A stretch of 64,000 nt of DNA from the NCBI GenBank assembly GCA_031291995.1, contig JARLHZ010000010.1, positions 37,155-101,154 of the forward strand, read 5' to 3'. Below the pieces are notes generated by a model that did not search any database, was not told where the DNA came from, and worked only from the letters and a program-made list of their open reading frames with translations. Shown piece by piece: positions 18,322 through 27,733 of the stretch (the stretch's first letter is position 1; every line of letters begins with the position of its first letter). The translations under genes and the position numbers were made by a program. Origin of the DNA: Candidatus Doudnabacteria bacterium. GTDB taxonomy: Bacteria > Patescibacteriota > Doudnabacteria > UBA920.

Positions 18322-18762
18322 TTAAGTCTTCTGATGCTCGATATTGATATCCCATAAAAACAACAGGACGCTGATCAAGTCGGTGGTTAGACAATATTGG
18401 CAGATTTTTTTTAACACAAAAAACTGGATGCTTAAAAATGCCAATGAAGCCACGGCCCCAATACCCAGCAGCCAAGTCAGCAGCGTTTTCCAGGTGGCGT
18501 AATAATTGGCGAGTAAGGCGCACACCGCCACCGAAAAAAAATAGGCCACTCCCCATACCGATAGCGGCAAACCCAACAGCATGGAGTACTTGCTGTTTAA
18601 CACGGTCTCACAGCCGTGGGTCAAATCACACGGCACCGCAAAGCCCAAGTAGTGGGTAATGGCCAAATACAGGCTGACCCCTAAGCCAAAAATGGCTAAA
18701 ATTACAATGGCATCATGTTTATGTCTGTGCAGCATATAAAATATTTTAGCATAAATCCCCAA
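18322..18762 (-). CDS. Vitamin K epoxide reductase (VKOR) family membrane protein
   Basis: Loop cysteines (VPCDLTHGCETV) plus a CxxC (ICQYCL) at the start of the last TM helix, as in bacterial VKOR/DsbB-like oxidases. Confidence 0.6.
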   Translation of the reverse strand: MGIYAKIFYMLHRHKHDAIVILAIFGLGVSLYLAITHYLGFAVPCDLTHGCETVLNSKYSMLLGLPLSVWGVAYFFSVAVCALLANYYATWKTLLTWLLGIGAVASLAFLSIQFFVLKKICQYCLTTDLISVLLFLWDINIEHQKT

Positions 18763-18821
18763 AATAACAAAATCCCCTCTCCCGCCACTGGCAGGAGAGG
18801 GGATAAAATCAAAAGGTGATT

Positions 18822-19142
18822 TTAGTACTGGTCGCGCCGGCCGTAGCCGCCGCCGTTGCCGCCCTGGCCGCCAAAACTGCGGCGCGGTCGGTCTTCCAGC
18901 GGACGGGCTTCTTTGACAACCAAAGTTCTGCCGCCGTACTGGCTGTTGTTGAGCGCGTTAATCGCGGCTTCGGCTTCGGCGTCGTTTTCGAATTCGACGA
19001 ATCCAAAACCTCTGCTGCGGCCGGTCATCTTATCGGTGATGACGGTGGCAGTAGCCACAGTGCCGTGCGCGCTGAATAACTGCTTAAGGTCGTCGGATGT
19101 GGTTGCCCACGGAATGCCGCCGACAAAAAGTTTCTTAGCCAT
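18822..19142 (-). CDS. RRM-domain RNA-binding protein with a glycine-rich tail
   Basis: RNP-2 (LFVGGI) and RNP-1 (RGFGFVEF) motifs; C-terminal RGG/GGY repeats. Confidence 0.85.
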   Translation of the reverse strand: MAKKLFVGGIPWATTSDDLKQLFSAHGTVATATVITDKMTGRSRGFGFVEFENDAEAEAAINALNNSQYGGRTLVVKEARPLEDRPRRSFGGQGGNGGGYGRRDQY

Positions 19143-19302
19143 TTATGAATAGGCTTTCTTTTAAGAGCTCACCTTACACTCTTACTTATATATTAAGGCG
19201 ATTAATGCCGGACTAAACTCTTATAAAGATAAACTCTTAAAAGAAGCCTATTGCCCAAACGATCTTAATCGAAGATGATATTAGCATTATAGCCTATTCC
19301 GC

Positions 19303-19335
19303 CAAAAAAATCAACCCCGGTTCGTTGGGGTCGAT
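19303..19335 (-). terminator. Rho-independent terminator downstream of rplS
   Basis: accccaacgaaccggggt hairpin plus tgattttttt on the minus strand. Confidence 0.65.
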
Positions 19336-19355
19336 TTTAAAATTTATGTTTGAAT

Positions 19356-19715
19356 TTAAGCCGCTTTTTTCACGACCTTGGTCTTTCTGAATCTCGGCGC
19401 GCTATCCATGCGTTTACGGGTATAATAAAGCTTGGCTTTGCTTACCAGGGCGGGCTTGGTGACTTCCAACTTCACAATGTTCGGGGAATGGAGCGGAAAT
19501 ATTCTTTCCACGCCAACGCCGTAAGAAATTTTTCTGACCGTAAAAGTAGCGTTAACTCCGGTGCCGCCTTTAATGGCAATCACCAGTCCTTCAAACATCT
19601 GCACGCGTTCCTTGCTGCCTTCTTTAATCCTTTGGTGGACTTTAACGGTATAACCGGTCCTAAATTCCGGCAGCTGTTTGATTTGAGAATCGGTGATGTT
19701 TTTTACAATTGGCAT
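19356..19715 (-). CDS. rplS: 50S ribosomal protein L19
   Basis: Conserved L19 sequence ([10 protein letters not shown] ... [18 protein letters not shown]). Confidence 0.9.
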   Translation of the reverse strand: MPIVKNITDSQIKQLPEFRTGYTVKVHQRIKEGSKERVQMFEGLVIAIKGGTGVNATFTVRKISYGVGVERIFPLHSPNIVKLEVTKPALVSKAKLYYTRKRMDSAPRFRKTKVVKKAA

Positions 19716-19811
19716 AAATGGATATTTATTGATATTAAAATATTGTGATATTAATTGTGTTTCGAAAATATCTATTAATATCTACTAATATCAACAAATA
19801 TCTACAACACA

Positions 19812-20819
19812 TTATACTTCTTTAACAGTTTTACTGTTTAAATCGACTAAAACTTTCCGCAGATCGTCAGCTAGTTCCGACTCGGCTTCTATCCAGGAAT
19901 TGTCCGGAAGGCGGACTTCAATTTTTTTTGCGTGAAGGAATTGTCTGTGTAGGCCTGGTAAAACAGTCCTTTTCCCGCCATAGAGCTCATCACCCATAAG
20001 CGGGTGTCCTGTGCTGGCAAGGTGGACCCGGATCTGATGTGTTCTGCCTGTATGCAATTTTACCAGAATTAGGGTGTATTTGTCAACCCCGGCCGCAGCT
20101 CTCCCCTCCTTTTCAAGGAGGGGTCCTCGCGAAGCGAGGGGGGTGGTTGGAGTTGGCAGATATTCCAAAACCTGATATTCGGTCACGGCTTCCTTGGCTA
20201 ACACCGGATCTTTGGCCGTTTGTTTCCGGAAATCAGTTTTGCTCTTACCAATGGGCGTTTCAATAAAACCATGCCGCTTTTCAATCTTGCCAAAAACCAG
20301 CGCGATATATTCTTTCTTGATTTTTCGTTCCGCAAACGCGTCTTTTAAAAACTCGTACATTTCCTGGGTTTTGGCCACTAAAATGACCCCGCTGGTATCC
20401 TTGTCCAGCCTATGCACAATCCCCGGCCGGTGATCTTCCCCCACAACCCTAATGTCCTTGAAATGATAGAGCAATGCCGAGGCCAATGTCTCCCCTTTAA
20501 ATCCCGCTCCCGGATGAACAGTCAGCCCTGCGGGTTTGTCTATAATGAGTAGTCCGTGATTATTATATAAAACTTTCAATGGCGTATTCGTCGCCTTCAA
20601 CTCTGTCTGCCGATTTGCGTCTGCTGATTGCTTATAGCTGACTTTATCGTTCAACCGCACCACAAACTTACTCTCCACAATAGGCTGCCCGTTAACCTCC
20701 GCCTGACCGCCCTCTATGTCGCGCTGAATCTGGCTGCGGCTTATCTGCGGCAGCTGCTTGGCCAGATATTTATCCAGCCGGGTTTTTAATTCTTCAACGA
20801 CAAAAGAATGTTCGGACAT
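19812..20819 (-). CDS. RluA-family pseudouridine synthase (RluD-like) with an in-frame hairpin-element insertion
   Basis: S4 domain N-terminus, HRLDKDTSGVILVAKT catalytic motif, TGRTHQIRVH; a 24-aa insert encoded by the palindromic element at 20088-20150. Confidence 0.85.
   Translation of the reverse strand: MSEHSFVVEELKTRLDKYLAKQLPQISRSQIQRDIEGGQAEVNGQPIVESKFVVRLNDKVSYKQSADANRQTELKATNTPLKVLYNNHGLLIIDKPAGLTVHPGAGFKGETLASALLYHFKDIRVVGEDHRPGIVHRLDKDTSGVILVAKTQEMYEFLKDAFAERKIKKEYIALVFGKIEKRHGFIETPIGKSKTDFRKQTAKDPVLAKEAVTEYQVLEYLPTPTTPLASRGPLLEKEGRAAAGVDKYTLILVKLHTGRTHQIRVHLASTGHPLMGDELYGGKRTVLPGLHRQFLHAKKIEVRLPDNSWIEAESELADDLRKVLVDLNSKTVKEV
20088..20150. repeat. GC-rich hairpin mini-element (ctcccctcc-ttttca-aggagggg; cctcgcgaagcgagg) inserted in-frame in the rluD-like gene
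   Basis: Read directly; same family at 52878-52920, 56944-57070 and 32245-32300. Confidence 0.7.
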
Positions 20820-20837
20820 AAATGCGATTCAATAATT

Positions 20838-21608
20838 TTATTGGTTGTTCAGCAAATCCGGACGGCGTTTTTTTGTGCGCTTCATTGCCTCATCCATTCT
20901 CCATTTTTCTATATTCGCATGGTGCCCGGATAATAAAACTTTCGGCACCTTCAAAATTTTTCTTCGCTTTGTAGGGACGGGTCTAGACCCGCCCCTACCC
21001 AGGGCAGGAATCATCAAAATTTCCGGTTTTGTATACTGCGGAAATTCCAGGCTATTTTCGGAAAAAGATTCTTTATCTGCGGATTCATCCTTGCCCAAAA
21101 TCCCTGACCTCAATCTCATTACCGCTTCGCTGATAACCAACGCGGGCAATTCTCCGCCCATTAAAACATAATCCCCGATGGAGATTTCTTCGTCTACAAA
21201 ACTTCTCACCCGCTCATCAAAGCCCTCGTATCTACCGCAGACAAAAATTAACTCATTAAATTTTGCCAATCGCTGGGCCATTTTTTGGTCAAACTTTTGG
21301 CCCTGGGGTGTTAACAAAATTATACGTGCCTGTGTAGGGGCGGATATTATCCGCCCCCTATGATCAGAGACCGACTTTATCGCTTTATATAAAATATCCG
21401 CGCGTAACACCATACCCACACCGCCGCCATATGGCCGGTCGTCAACAACCTGCCTCTCACCCAAACCAAACGAACGTAAGTTTATCGGCTGAATTTGTAA
21501 AAGCCCTAACTTAATAGCTCTTTTTACAATTCCAAAAGACTCCACAAAATTTTCTATAAATGAGGGAAATAACGTAATAATTTTAATCGATAACTTTTTA
21601 GACCTCAT
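20838..21608 (-). CDS. trmD: tRNA (guanine37-N1)-methyltransferase TrmD carrying two in-frame palindromic insertions
   Basis: TrmD motifs ([13 protein letters not shown]; [13 protein letters not shown]); extra segments [20 protein letters not shown] and IISAPTQAR coincide with the palindromes at 20971-20998 and 21333-21360. Confidence 0.85.
   Translation of the reverse strand: MRSKKLSIKIITLFPSFIENFVESFGIVKRAIKLGLLQIQPINLRSFGLGERQVVDDRPYGGGVGMVLRADILYKAIKSVSDHRGRIISAPTQARIILLTPQGQKFDQKMAQRLAKFNELIFVCGRYEGFDERVRSFVDEEISIGDYVLMGGELPALVISEAVMRLRSGILGKDESADKESFSENSLEFPQYTKPEILMIPALGRGGSRPVPTKRRKILKVPKVLLSGHHANIEKWRMDEAMKRTKKRRPDLLNNQ
20971..20998. repeat. 28-bp palindrome gtagggacgggtctagacccgcccctac (in-frame in trmD)
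   Basis: Near-identical perfect palindrome gtagggacaggtctagacctgtccctac at 54214-54242. Confidence 0.8.
21333..21360. repeat. Palindrome tgtaggggcggatattatccgcccccta (in-frame in trmD)
   Basis: Read directly. Confidence 0.7.
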
Positions 21609-21763
21609 GCAATTATTTTAGTAACTTTCGTGCTCTTTAATATTTGGTAGAGACGTCAATATTATAGCATTAAAATAACCCCGGAACGCCGGCAGCCGCC
21701 GGAAATTTCGGGGTTATTAAATTTATAGATTCCGCGTTAGATCCGCGTGCGGATCCGCGTATC

Positions 21764-22129
21764 TTAGAGTTTGAACTCGTCAATAGACTCTTCGGAACTC
21801 TGGCTCATACCCATCGGGCTGCCCATTTGGCTGCCCTGATGACCCATACCACCGCTCATTTCGCGGCGAGGACCACGGTGAGAACCTTCCGGTTCATAGA
21901 TTTTCAAGTTCACACGGGCTTTATGCTTGGCGCCAACTACGCGCAATAAAGTGCGGATGGCTTTGGCCGTCTGGCCCATGCGGCCAATTACCTGGCCCAT
22001 ATCTTCGGGGTTGAGATGCAGAGTAATTAATACTCCCATTTCATCCACGACGCGTTCGGTCTTTACGTCTTCCGGATGGTCGACAAGAGACTTTACAACG
22101 TATTCAACAAAAGCTTGGTCTTGCTCCAT
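21764..22129 (-). CDS. KH-domain RNA-binding protein (UPF0109/YlqC-like) in the rpsP-trmD cluster
   Basis: GxxG-containing KH motif (VIGRMGQTAKAIRTLL); conserved position between rpsP and trmD. Confidence 0.7.
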   Translation of the reverse strand: MEQDQAFVEYVVKSLVDHPEDVKTERVVDEMGVLITLHLNPEDMGQVIGRMGQTAKAIRTLLRVVGAKHKARVNLKIYEPEGSHRGPRREMSGGMGHQGSQMGSPMGMSQSSEESIDEFKL

Positions 22130-22285
22130 AATAGTGCAATTTCTGTGATAGCGTAATTCTGCTTCGACCTTTTCGTTAAATTAGCGCGAGCTATCTTGGG
22201 GATATTATAGGCGAAAGCGGGCTTAGCTGTCAATTATAAAATCCCCAGATGGGAATCTTCTGGGGATTTAGAATTGAATTCTGAA

Positions 22286-22681
22286 TTATTGGGCCGCGGC
22301 TTCCTCGGGCTTGGCTTGTTCGGCGGGGGCGGCGGGTGTTTCGGCGGAGGCTGGAGTCTCGGCGGAAACCGGCGCGGCTTCCGGTTTTGCGGCGGCTTCG
22401 GCCACTACCGGCTTTTTGGGAATGCTGAAAGCTTTGACTTTCGGACCCGAATGCAAGCCTTTAGTAACAAGCAGGTTGTTTAAAGTTTCGCTGAGGGCAA
22501 CGTGCTGGCCCAGCCAGTGCTTTAACCGGTCTTCTTTCACCTGAAAATATTTCTTGCGCGGATTATAGCTTCCCAAAACTTCCAAAAACTTTTTTTGCAC
22601 CGGCGCGGCTTTTTCCGTAAGCACGATTCTAAAATCGGCCTGGTTCTTTTTACCGGTACGCTGTAAACGAATAATGAGCAT
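22286..22681 (-). CDS. rpsP: 30S ribosomal protein S16 with an Ala/Pro/Glu-rich C-terminal extension
   Basis: MLIIRLQRTGKKNQADFRIVL ... S16 N-terminus; start reassigned to the internal Met (ATG at 22681). Confidence 0.85.
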   Translation of the reverse strand: MLIIRLQRTGKKNQADFRIVLTEKAAPVQKKFLEVLGSYNPRKKYFQVKEDRLKHWLGQHVALSETLNNLLVTKGLHSGPKVKAFSIPKKPVVAEAAAKPEAAPVSAETPASAETPAAPAEQAKPEEAAAQ

Positions 22682-22882
22682 AACTGATAATTTATAATTG
22701 ATAATAAATAACCGATATTGCCAGACATAAAAATCTATAAGCAGCAACTTTAGATTTGAATACCGGCGCTTGAGCGTGCTGATATCTTAACATTTAATGG
22801 AAGAAGCGTCAACCTCAGTATTTCGACATGTACTGATGACAAAACCAATTATCAGGAATAAACTTGGGTTAAGAAGGGCTTT

Positions 22883-23098
22883 ATGATTCACTGTGGCAAC
22901 AATCTCAAAGCCGTCAAAACGATCTACGAGAGGCGTAATGCCGACCAAGCCGGATACGTTAAACTTATTGCGCACGCCGCCACTTGCGCGAGTTGCGCAA
23001 GAAACCTGCAAACGCTAAAAGACGAGGAACTTCGTCAATGTTCAACACCCCAGCCTGTCAAACTCAGGTTTGATGGAAAGGAGAACCGCCGACGATGA
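22883..23098 (+). CDS. Hypothetical small Cys-containing protein (possible zinc ribbon)
   Basis: ORF with Cys4, CxxC (CASC) and Cys52; followed by the terminator at 23117-23160. Confidence 0.3.
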   Translation: MIHCGNNLKAVKTIYERRNADQAGYVKLIAHAATCASCARNLQTLKDEELRQCSTPQPVKLRFDGKENRRR

Positions 23099-23116
23099 TG
23101 TTGGCCACAACGCACG

Positions 23117-23160
23117 AAACCCGCACCAAGCCGAATGTTGTGCGGGTTTCTTATTCCTAA
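23117..23160 (+). terminator. Rho-independent terminator (aaacccgcac ... gtgcgggttt followed by a T-rich tract)
   Basis: Read directly. Confidence 0.6.
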
Positions 23161-23173
23161 TTCCTAATTCCTG

Positions 23174-25792
23174 CTATTTCGCGTACTGCTTAGCCTGATC
23201 CAATTTTACGGAAAGCAATTTACTTACGCCATCATCACCCATCGTAACACCATACAAAATGTTGGCCTGGGTCATGGTTTCGCGGTTGTGGGTAATGGTT
23301 AAAAATTGGGTCTGGTGAGCCAGGGTGCCTAAAATTTGGCCGAAGCGGATGGTGTTGGCGTCATCCAAAGCCGCGTCCACTTCGTCCAAAACCACGCAGG
23401 GGGACGGAAAGCAGGTTAGCAGGCTGCACAGCAGGGCAATGGAGGTCATAGCCCGTTCTCCGCCGGACAGCGCCTGAATGCTGGCCAGTTTCTTGCCCGG
23501 AGGCGTAGCCTTAATATCAATGCCGGAAATCGCGTTGCCGGTATGCTCGTATTTTTGCAAAACTTTTTCTTCAGGCCGCAAATCCTGCGGCTGGTTGTCG
23601 TCGGCTTCCGCTCCGGCTTCCACCGGCAATTCTTCGGGTGGCTCATTTTTTATAACGCTTAAATACCCGCGGCCACCGTTAAACAATACTCGGAAATAAA
23701 ATTCAAATTTTTCGCTAATCTTACGGAACGCCTCGTTAAAAGTATCCTTAATCCGCCCGTCCAAATCATCAATAACCTGGCGCAAATCCGTCATGCCTTT
23801 TTGCAAATCCGCCACCTGCGTGCTCAGATTCTGGTGCCGGGTTTCAGTTTCCTGATATTCTTTAAGTGTTAACTCATCCATTCCGCCGATGGTTTCCAGC
23901 TGATTTTTTAACCTGGCTATTTTGTTTTCCAAATCGTCAGTACTGGTTGCCACTTTGCTTTCCCCCAGCGTTTGCCACTCCGGCTGCCCCAAAGTTTTGA
24001 CTACCTCTTCAGCGAGAAGCTGCAGTTGAGTATCTATCTTGGCTTTTTCAATATTTATTATCGACTCTTTGTCTTTAATTTTGGACAGTTCATCCTGGGC
24101 AAGGCGGAACTGGCCTTCGGCGCCCCTCAAACCAGCCTGCCTTTTTTCCTGTTCGCTGTAATGCAGCTTTAGTTCAGTTTCAACTTTGGCCATTTCCTGG
24201 CCCAATTTGTCAACGTCAGCCTGGATTCTTTTTTCCTCCGACAGTAAATTCTGCCAAAATTCATCGGGAGAACTGCTCTGGACCTTTTTTAGTTCCAAAT
24301 CCAAATGCAACTTTTCCTGCTGCAGAGCGGCCAGTTCGCGCTGTAAAAAGTCGACGGCTATCTTGCCCTTGCTCATTTCCAACTGGGCATTATTGACTTC
24401 CTGGTTTAAAACTTCCTTTTGCTTAAGCAACTGATCCAATTCTTGTTTAACCGCTTCCAAACCCAGCCGCGGGTCAGCCACCGTCTGCTTGGCCGCCTTG
24501 CGGAATCTGGTAAAGCTTTCTTCCATGCTATTAGCCTGGTGTTTTATTTCCTCTAGGTTTACCGCCTGTACCAGCATCTGGCTAAATTTTTGCCAGGCTT
24601 CTTCCAGCACGCGCAATTCCAACTCCACAAGATTCCAGTCTATCTGGGCGGGATTACTCAGTTTTTTTGACAGTTCATCAAGTTTTTTATTGACCGTTTC
24701 CAGGCTTTTAAATTGATCGACAAATTTATTCTCCAGCTGCTTTTGCGTTTCCAGCGTATTTTGAATTTGGCCGGTAACTTCCTGAATTTTTCCATGTTTG
24801 TTGTGGACTTCCACCGTCAGGCTTTGGGCATCGCCGGCCACGGCTGTTTTTTGGCTTTGCATTTTCCCCCGTACCAGGCTCAAATCTTCAAGCAAGCGGT
24901 TTTTTTGCGCCTGGAGTTTGTGGAATTCTTCCTGAATTTTTGCAAACGTTCCGCCGCTTTGCTGCCCCGCCTGTTCCAATCCTTCGGCCTGCTGTCTTAA
25001 ATTTGCGGCCTTGGTTTCGCCCGCTTTTTTATGTTCTTCGATTTCCGACAGCTGTTGCAAAATTTTATCGGAAGTCTCTTTAAATTGCCAAAAACTGCGT
25101 CCGTAAAATTCCCGCCGGTAAATTTTTAATTCCTGTTCCAATTCGGCCCTGGCTTCCAACTTTTTCGCCTGGCGGCGCAAACTTTTTAATCTTGGTTCAA
25201 TTTCGGCGATTAAATCTTCCGCCCTCATTAAATTCTGGGCGGTCTGTTCCAAACGCCTTAAAGTTTTATCGCGCTTTATATAATAATTTTTAACCCCGCT
25301 TGCCTCGTCAACCAGATCTTTTACGCCCGGCGGCCCCTGCATAACCATTTGGTCTATAGTGCCCTGGCCGATTACCGTATAGCGGGATGTGCCGATGTTG
25401 CTTTTTAAAACCAAATCCACAATATCCAAAAGCCTGACTTTATTGCCGTTTATCAAATATTCGCTTTCTCCGCTTCGGTCGATTCGCCGCCCAATGCTGA
25501 CTTCCGAAGCATCCAGAGGTATCCGGTGATCGGAATTATCGAACGTGGCGACAACTTCGGCAAAACCCTGCCTCGTCTTTTTATCGCTGCCCGCAAAAAT
25601 CACGTCATCGCTTTTTTTGCCGCGGATAGCCTTGGCGCTCTGCTCGCCCAAAACCCAGCGCATAGCGTCGGCGACGTTGCTCTTGCCGCTGCCGTTGGGG
25701 CCGACAATCGCAATAATCCCCGCTGAAAATTCCAGCGCGGTTTTTTGGGCGAAACTTTTAAATCCGTGGATTTCGAGGCGTTTTAAATACAT
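23174..25792 (-). CDS. smc: Chromosome segregation protein SMC
   Basis: N-terminal Walker A (GPNGSGKSN), long coiled coils, hinge, C-terminal signature LSGGE and Walker B (VLDEVDAALD). Confidence 0.93.
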   Translation of the reverse strand: MYLKRLEIHGFKSFAQKTALEFSAGIIAIVGPNGSGKSNVADAMRWVLGEQSAKAIRGKKSDDVIFAGSDKKTRQGFAEVVATFDNSDHRIPLDASEVSIGRRIDRSGESEYLINGNKVRLLDIVDLVLKSNIGTSRYTVIGQGTIDQMVMQGPPGVKDLVDEASGVKNYYIKRDKTLRRLEQTAQNLMRAEDLIAEIEPRLKSLRRQAKKLEARAELEQELKIYRREFYGRSFWQFKETSDKILQQLSEIEEHKKAGETKAANLRQQAEGLEQAGQQSGGTFAKIQEEFHKLQAQKNRLLEDLSLVRGKMQSQKTAVAGDAQSLTVEVHNKHGKIQEVTGQIQNTLETQKQLENKFVDQFKSLETVNKKLDELSKKLSNPAQIDWNLVELELRVLEEAWQKFSQMLVQAVNLEEIKHQANSMEESFTRFRKAAKQTVADPRLGLEAVKQELDQLLKQKEVLNQEVNNAQLEMSKGKIAVDFLQRELAALQQEKLHLDLELKKVQSSSPDEFWQNLLSEEKRIQADVDKLGQEMAKVETELKLHYSEQEKRQAGLRGAEGQFRLAQDELSKIKDKESIINIEKAKIDTQLQLLAEEVVKTLGQPEWQTLGESKVATSTDDLENKIARLKNQLETIGGMDELTLKEYQETETRHQNLSTQVADLQKGMTDLRQVIDDLDGRIKDTFNEAFRKISEKFEFYFRVLFNGGRGYLSVIKNEPPEELPVEAGAEADDNQPQDLRPEEKVLQKYEHTGNAISGIDIKATPPGKKLASIQALSGGERAMTSIALLCSLLTCFPSPCVVLDEVDAALDDANTIRFGQILGTLAHQTQFLTITHNRETMTQANILYGVTMGDDGVSKLLSVKLDQAKQYAK

Positions 25793-25799
25793 AAATAAA

Positions 25800-25935
25800 A
25801 TGCCAAATAGCAAATACCAAATTACAAATCAATTCCAAATGTAAAATTTAAAATCAGTTTGCGATAAATGTTGGAAATTTGATATTTGGACATTTGGATT
25901 TTGTTTGATATTTGAAATTTGATACTTGAAATTTA
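25800..25935. repeat. AT-rich simple-repeat tract (atttgatatttgga / aatttgatacttgaaattt units)
   Basis: Same repeat family at 46720-46860 and, in shorter form, inside murF at 57505-57530. Confidence 0.6.
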
Positions 25936-26625
25936 ATACTGATTTTTCTTAAGCGCGTCTTCGGCCGCCGACAGTTCCGCTTCCTGTTTGCTCGGACCGG
26001 TTCCCCGCCCGACCTCTGTTTGCCCGACGTAAGCGGCCACCACAAAAACTTTGTTATGGTCCGGACCCGTTTCGCTGACCACGCCGTAAGTCGGCGTCAC
26101 GCCGTTTTTTTCCTGAATGATTTCCTGTAATTTACTCTTCGGATCAACATAACTGCCGCCGGCAATAATACTTGGCAGTTCGACCAAAACTTCGTTGATA
26201 ATAAATTGTTCGGCCGCTTTATAACCGGCATCCAGGTAGACCGCGCCAATGACCGCTTCAATGCAGTTGGCCAAAATTACCTGCCTGGCCCGGCCGGTAT
26301 CCTTGGCCTCGCCGCGGGACATTTGTAAAAAATTTTCAAAGCCCAATTTCTTGGAAATATCCGAGAGCATTTTATAATTCACCAGGGCGCTGCGAAAATT
26401 GGTCAACTCACCCTCGGGATGGGGATAATTTTTATAGAGATATTCGGTCGCCGCCAGCTCCAAAACGGCGTCGCCCAAAAACTCCAGACGCTCGTTATGG
26501 GGCAAACTAAATTTACGGTTCTCATTCAAATAGGACCGGTGGGTAAATGCCGAGACATAAAGGTCAAGATTGTTGACTTTTACTCCCAAAATTTTTTCTA
26601 GCTCCTGTTTATCAAGTGACGACAT
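25933..26625 (-). CDS. rnc: Ribonuclease III
   Basis: RNase III signature ERLEFLGDAVLELAATEYLY plus a C-terminal dsRBD. Confidence 0.93.
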   Translation of the reverse strand: MSSLDKQELEKILGVKVNNLDLYVSAFTHRSYLNENRKFSLPHNERLEFLGDAVLELAATEYLYKNYPHPEGELTNFRSALVNYKMLSDISKKLGFENFLQMSRGEAKDTGRARQVILANCIEAVIGAVYLDAGYKAAEQFIINEVLVELPSIIAGGSYVDPKSKLQEIIQEKNGVTPTYGVVSETGPDHNKVFVVAAYVGQTEVGRGTGPSKQEAELSAAEDALKKNQY

Positions 26626-26725
26626 CGCGATAATGGCGCAAGAATCACGAATCAGGAATTAAGAATGCTTAATTCGTGGTTCTTGGTTCTTGGGAATTAA
26701 ATTATAATACTTTAAAAAAGTCTCT

Positions 26726-26859
26726 GTGCCCCTCGACTACACCACGCTGCGCGTGATTGCGCTCGGGACACTCGACTCGCTCTGCACTTCTTCGTTGGTT
26801 GAGGCCTCCCAAAGGCCGAAACCACGAGCGAGCTTCGGCGTTAGCCGAAGCGAGTCGAG
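26726..26859. repeat. Structured repeat element V, immediately 3' of tRNA-Val (second copy 59769-59888, 3' of tRNA-Ala)
   Basis: About 130 bp alignable with 59769-59888; two internal hairpins differ by compensatory substitutions (cttcggcg-ttag-ccgaag vs ctttgacg-aaag-tcaaag; ggcctcccaaaggcc vs gccctttagggc). Confidence 0.7.
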
Positions 26860-26934
26860 TGGTGGGCGGCGAAGGAATCGGACCTTCGACCCTTTCTACG
26901 TCAAAGAAATGCTCTACCACTGAGCTAGCCGCCC
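26860..26934 (-). tRNA. tRNA-Val (anticodon GAC)
   Basis: Manual cloverleaf: acceptor gggcggc/gccgccc, D-arm gctc-agtggtag-gagc, anticodon loop ttGACgt, encoded CCA. Confidence 0.8.
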
Positions 26935-26945
26935 AAAAACGATAT

Positions 26946-27713
26946 TTAAATTTTATTGCCCGCCGGGGATACTATAAGCGCCGGCAATTCCTGCCTGACG
27001 GTTTCCGGATCTTTTTTTCTATTTATGGTATCTAAAAATAACAATACCACAAAACAATTCAAAATCGCCGAAAGATAAGCAATTAACACTACCACAGCTG
27101 CCAACAATAACCATATTGTAGCAGAATGTCCCGAAACTGAAAACTCCCTGATTAAATAAAGGTCTCCCAATACCCTGTGGACCAAAGCGTAAGATATGCC
27201 GTGCGCTACAATTAAGATGGCGGCCGCGGCTCCCGCAAACGATATTCTTTTATTCCAGGTGTCCATGGCCAGAGACAGGGCCGACGACAAATTTTGATCG
27301 CACAATGCAATATATAACAATGAAAGGCCTGCGGTGGAAGCCGTCACGGCAAAAACCAGCGTATGCAGCGGCCAAAAAGGGAAAATCCAGCGGGCTAAAA
27401 GCACTACAAAGACAGTCATTAAAATCAGGCCTATACCGGAAACGCTTTGGCTTTTAAAATTGTGCCGCGGCTTATCGGGATTGTTAATAAACTTATATGC
27501 CTCTATATCCTGCCACAACCGAATGGTTAATGGAGGCAGTACTGCCATAACCAGAACCAGCCACATTGCAGAAATATGGTTTAACGATTGCGGTCTGACC
27601 AGCTGGCCAACGGCGGAAAAAGCCCCTGCCTGTAAAATCGCCAAAATCCACCAGCGCGGAAACCGGCTGGTGGATAAAATAGACTCGAGTAAAATAGGTT
27701 TCAATTTCGGCAT
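26946..27713 (-). CDS. Hypothetical polytopic membrane protein
   Basis: Six or more TM helices; no motif recognised. Confidence 0.4.
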   Translation of the reverse strand: MPKLKPILLESILSTSRFPRWWILAILQAGAFSAVGQLVRPQSLNHISAMWLVLVMAVLPPLTIRLWQDIEAYKFINNPDKPRHNFKSQSVSGIGLILMTVFVVLLARWIFPFWPLHTLVFAVTASTAGLSLLYIALCDQNLSSALSLAMDTWNKRISFAGAAAAILIVAHGISYALVHRVLGDLYLIREFSVSGHSATIWLLLAAVVVLIAYLSAILNCFVVLLFLDTINRKKDPETVRQELPALIVSPAGNKI

Positions 27714-27733
27714 ATCCGGATTTTAAACAGCCA

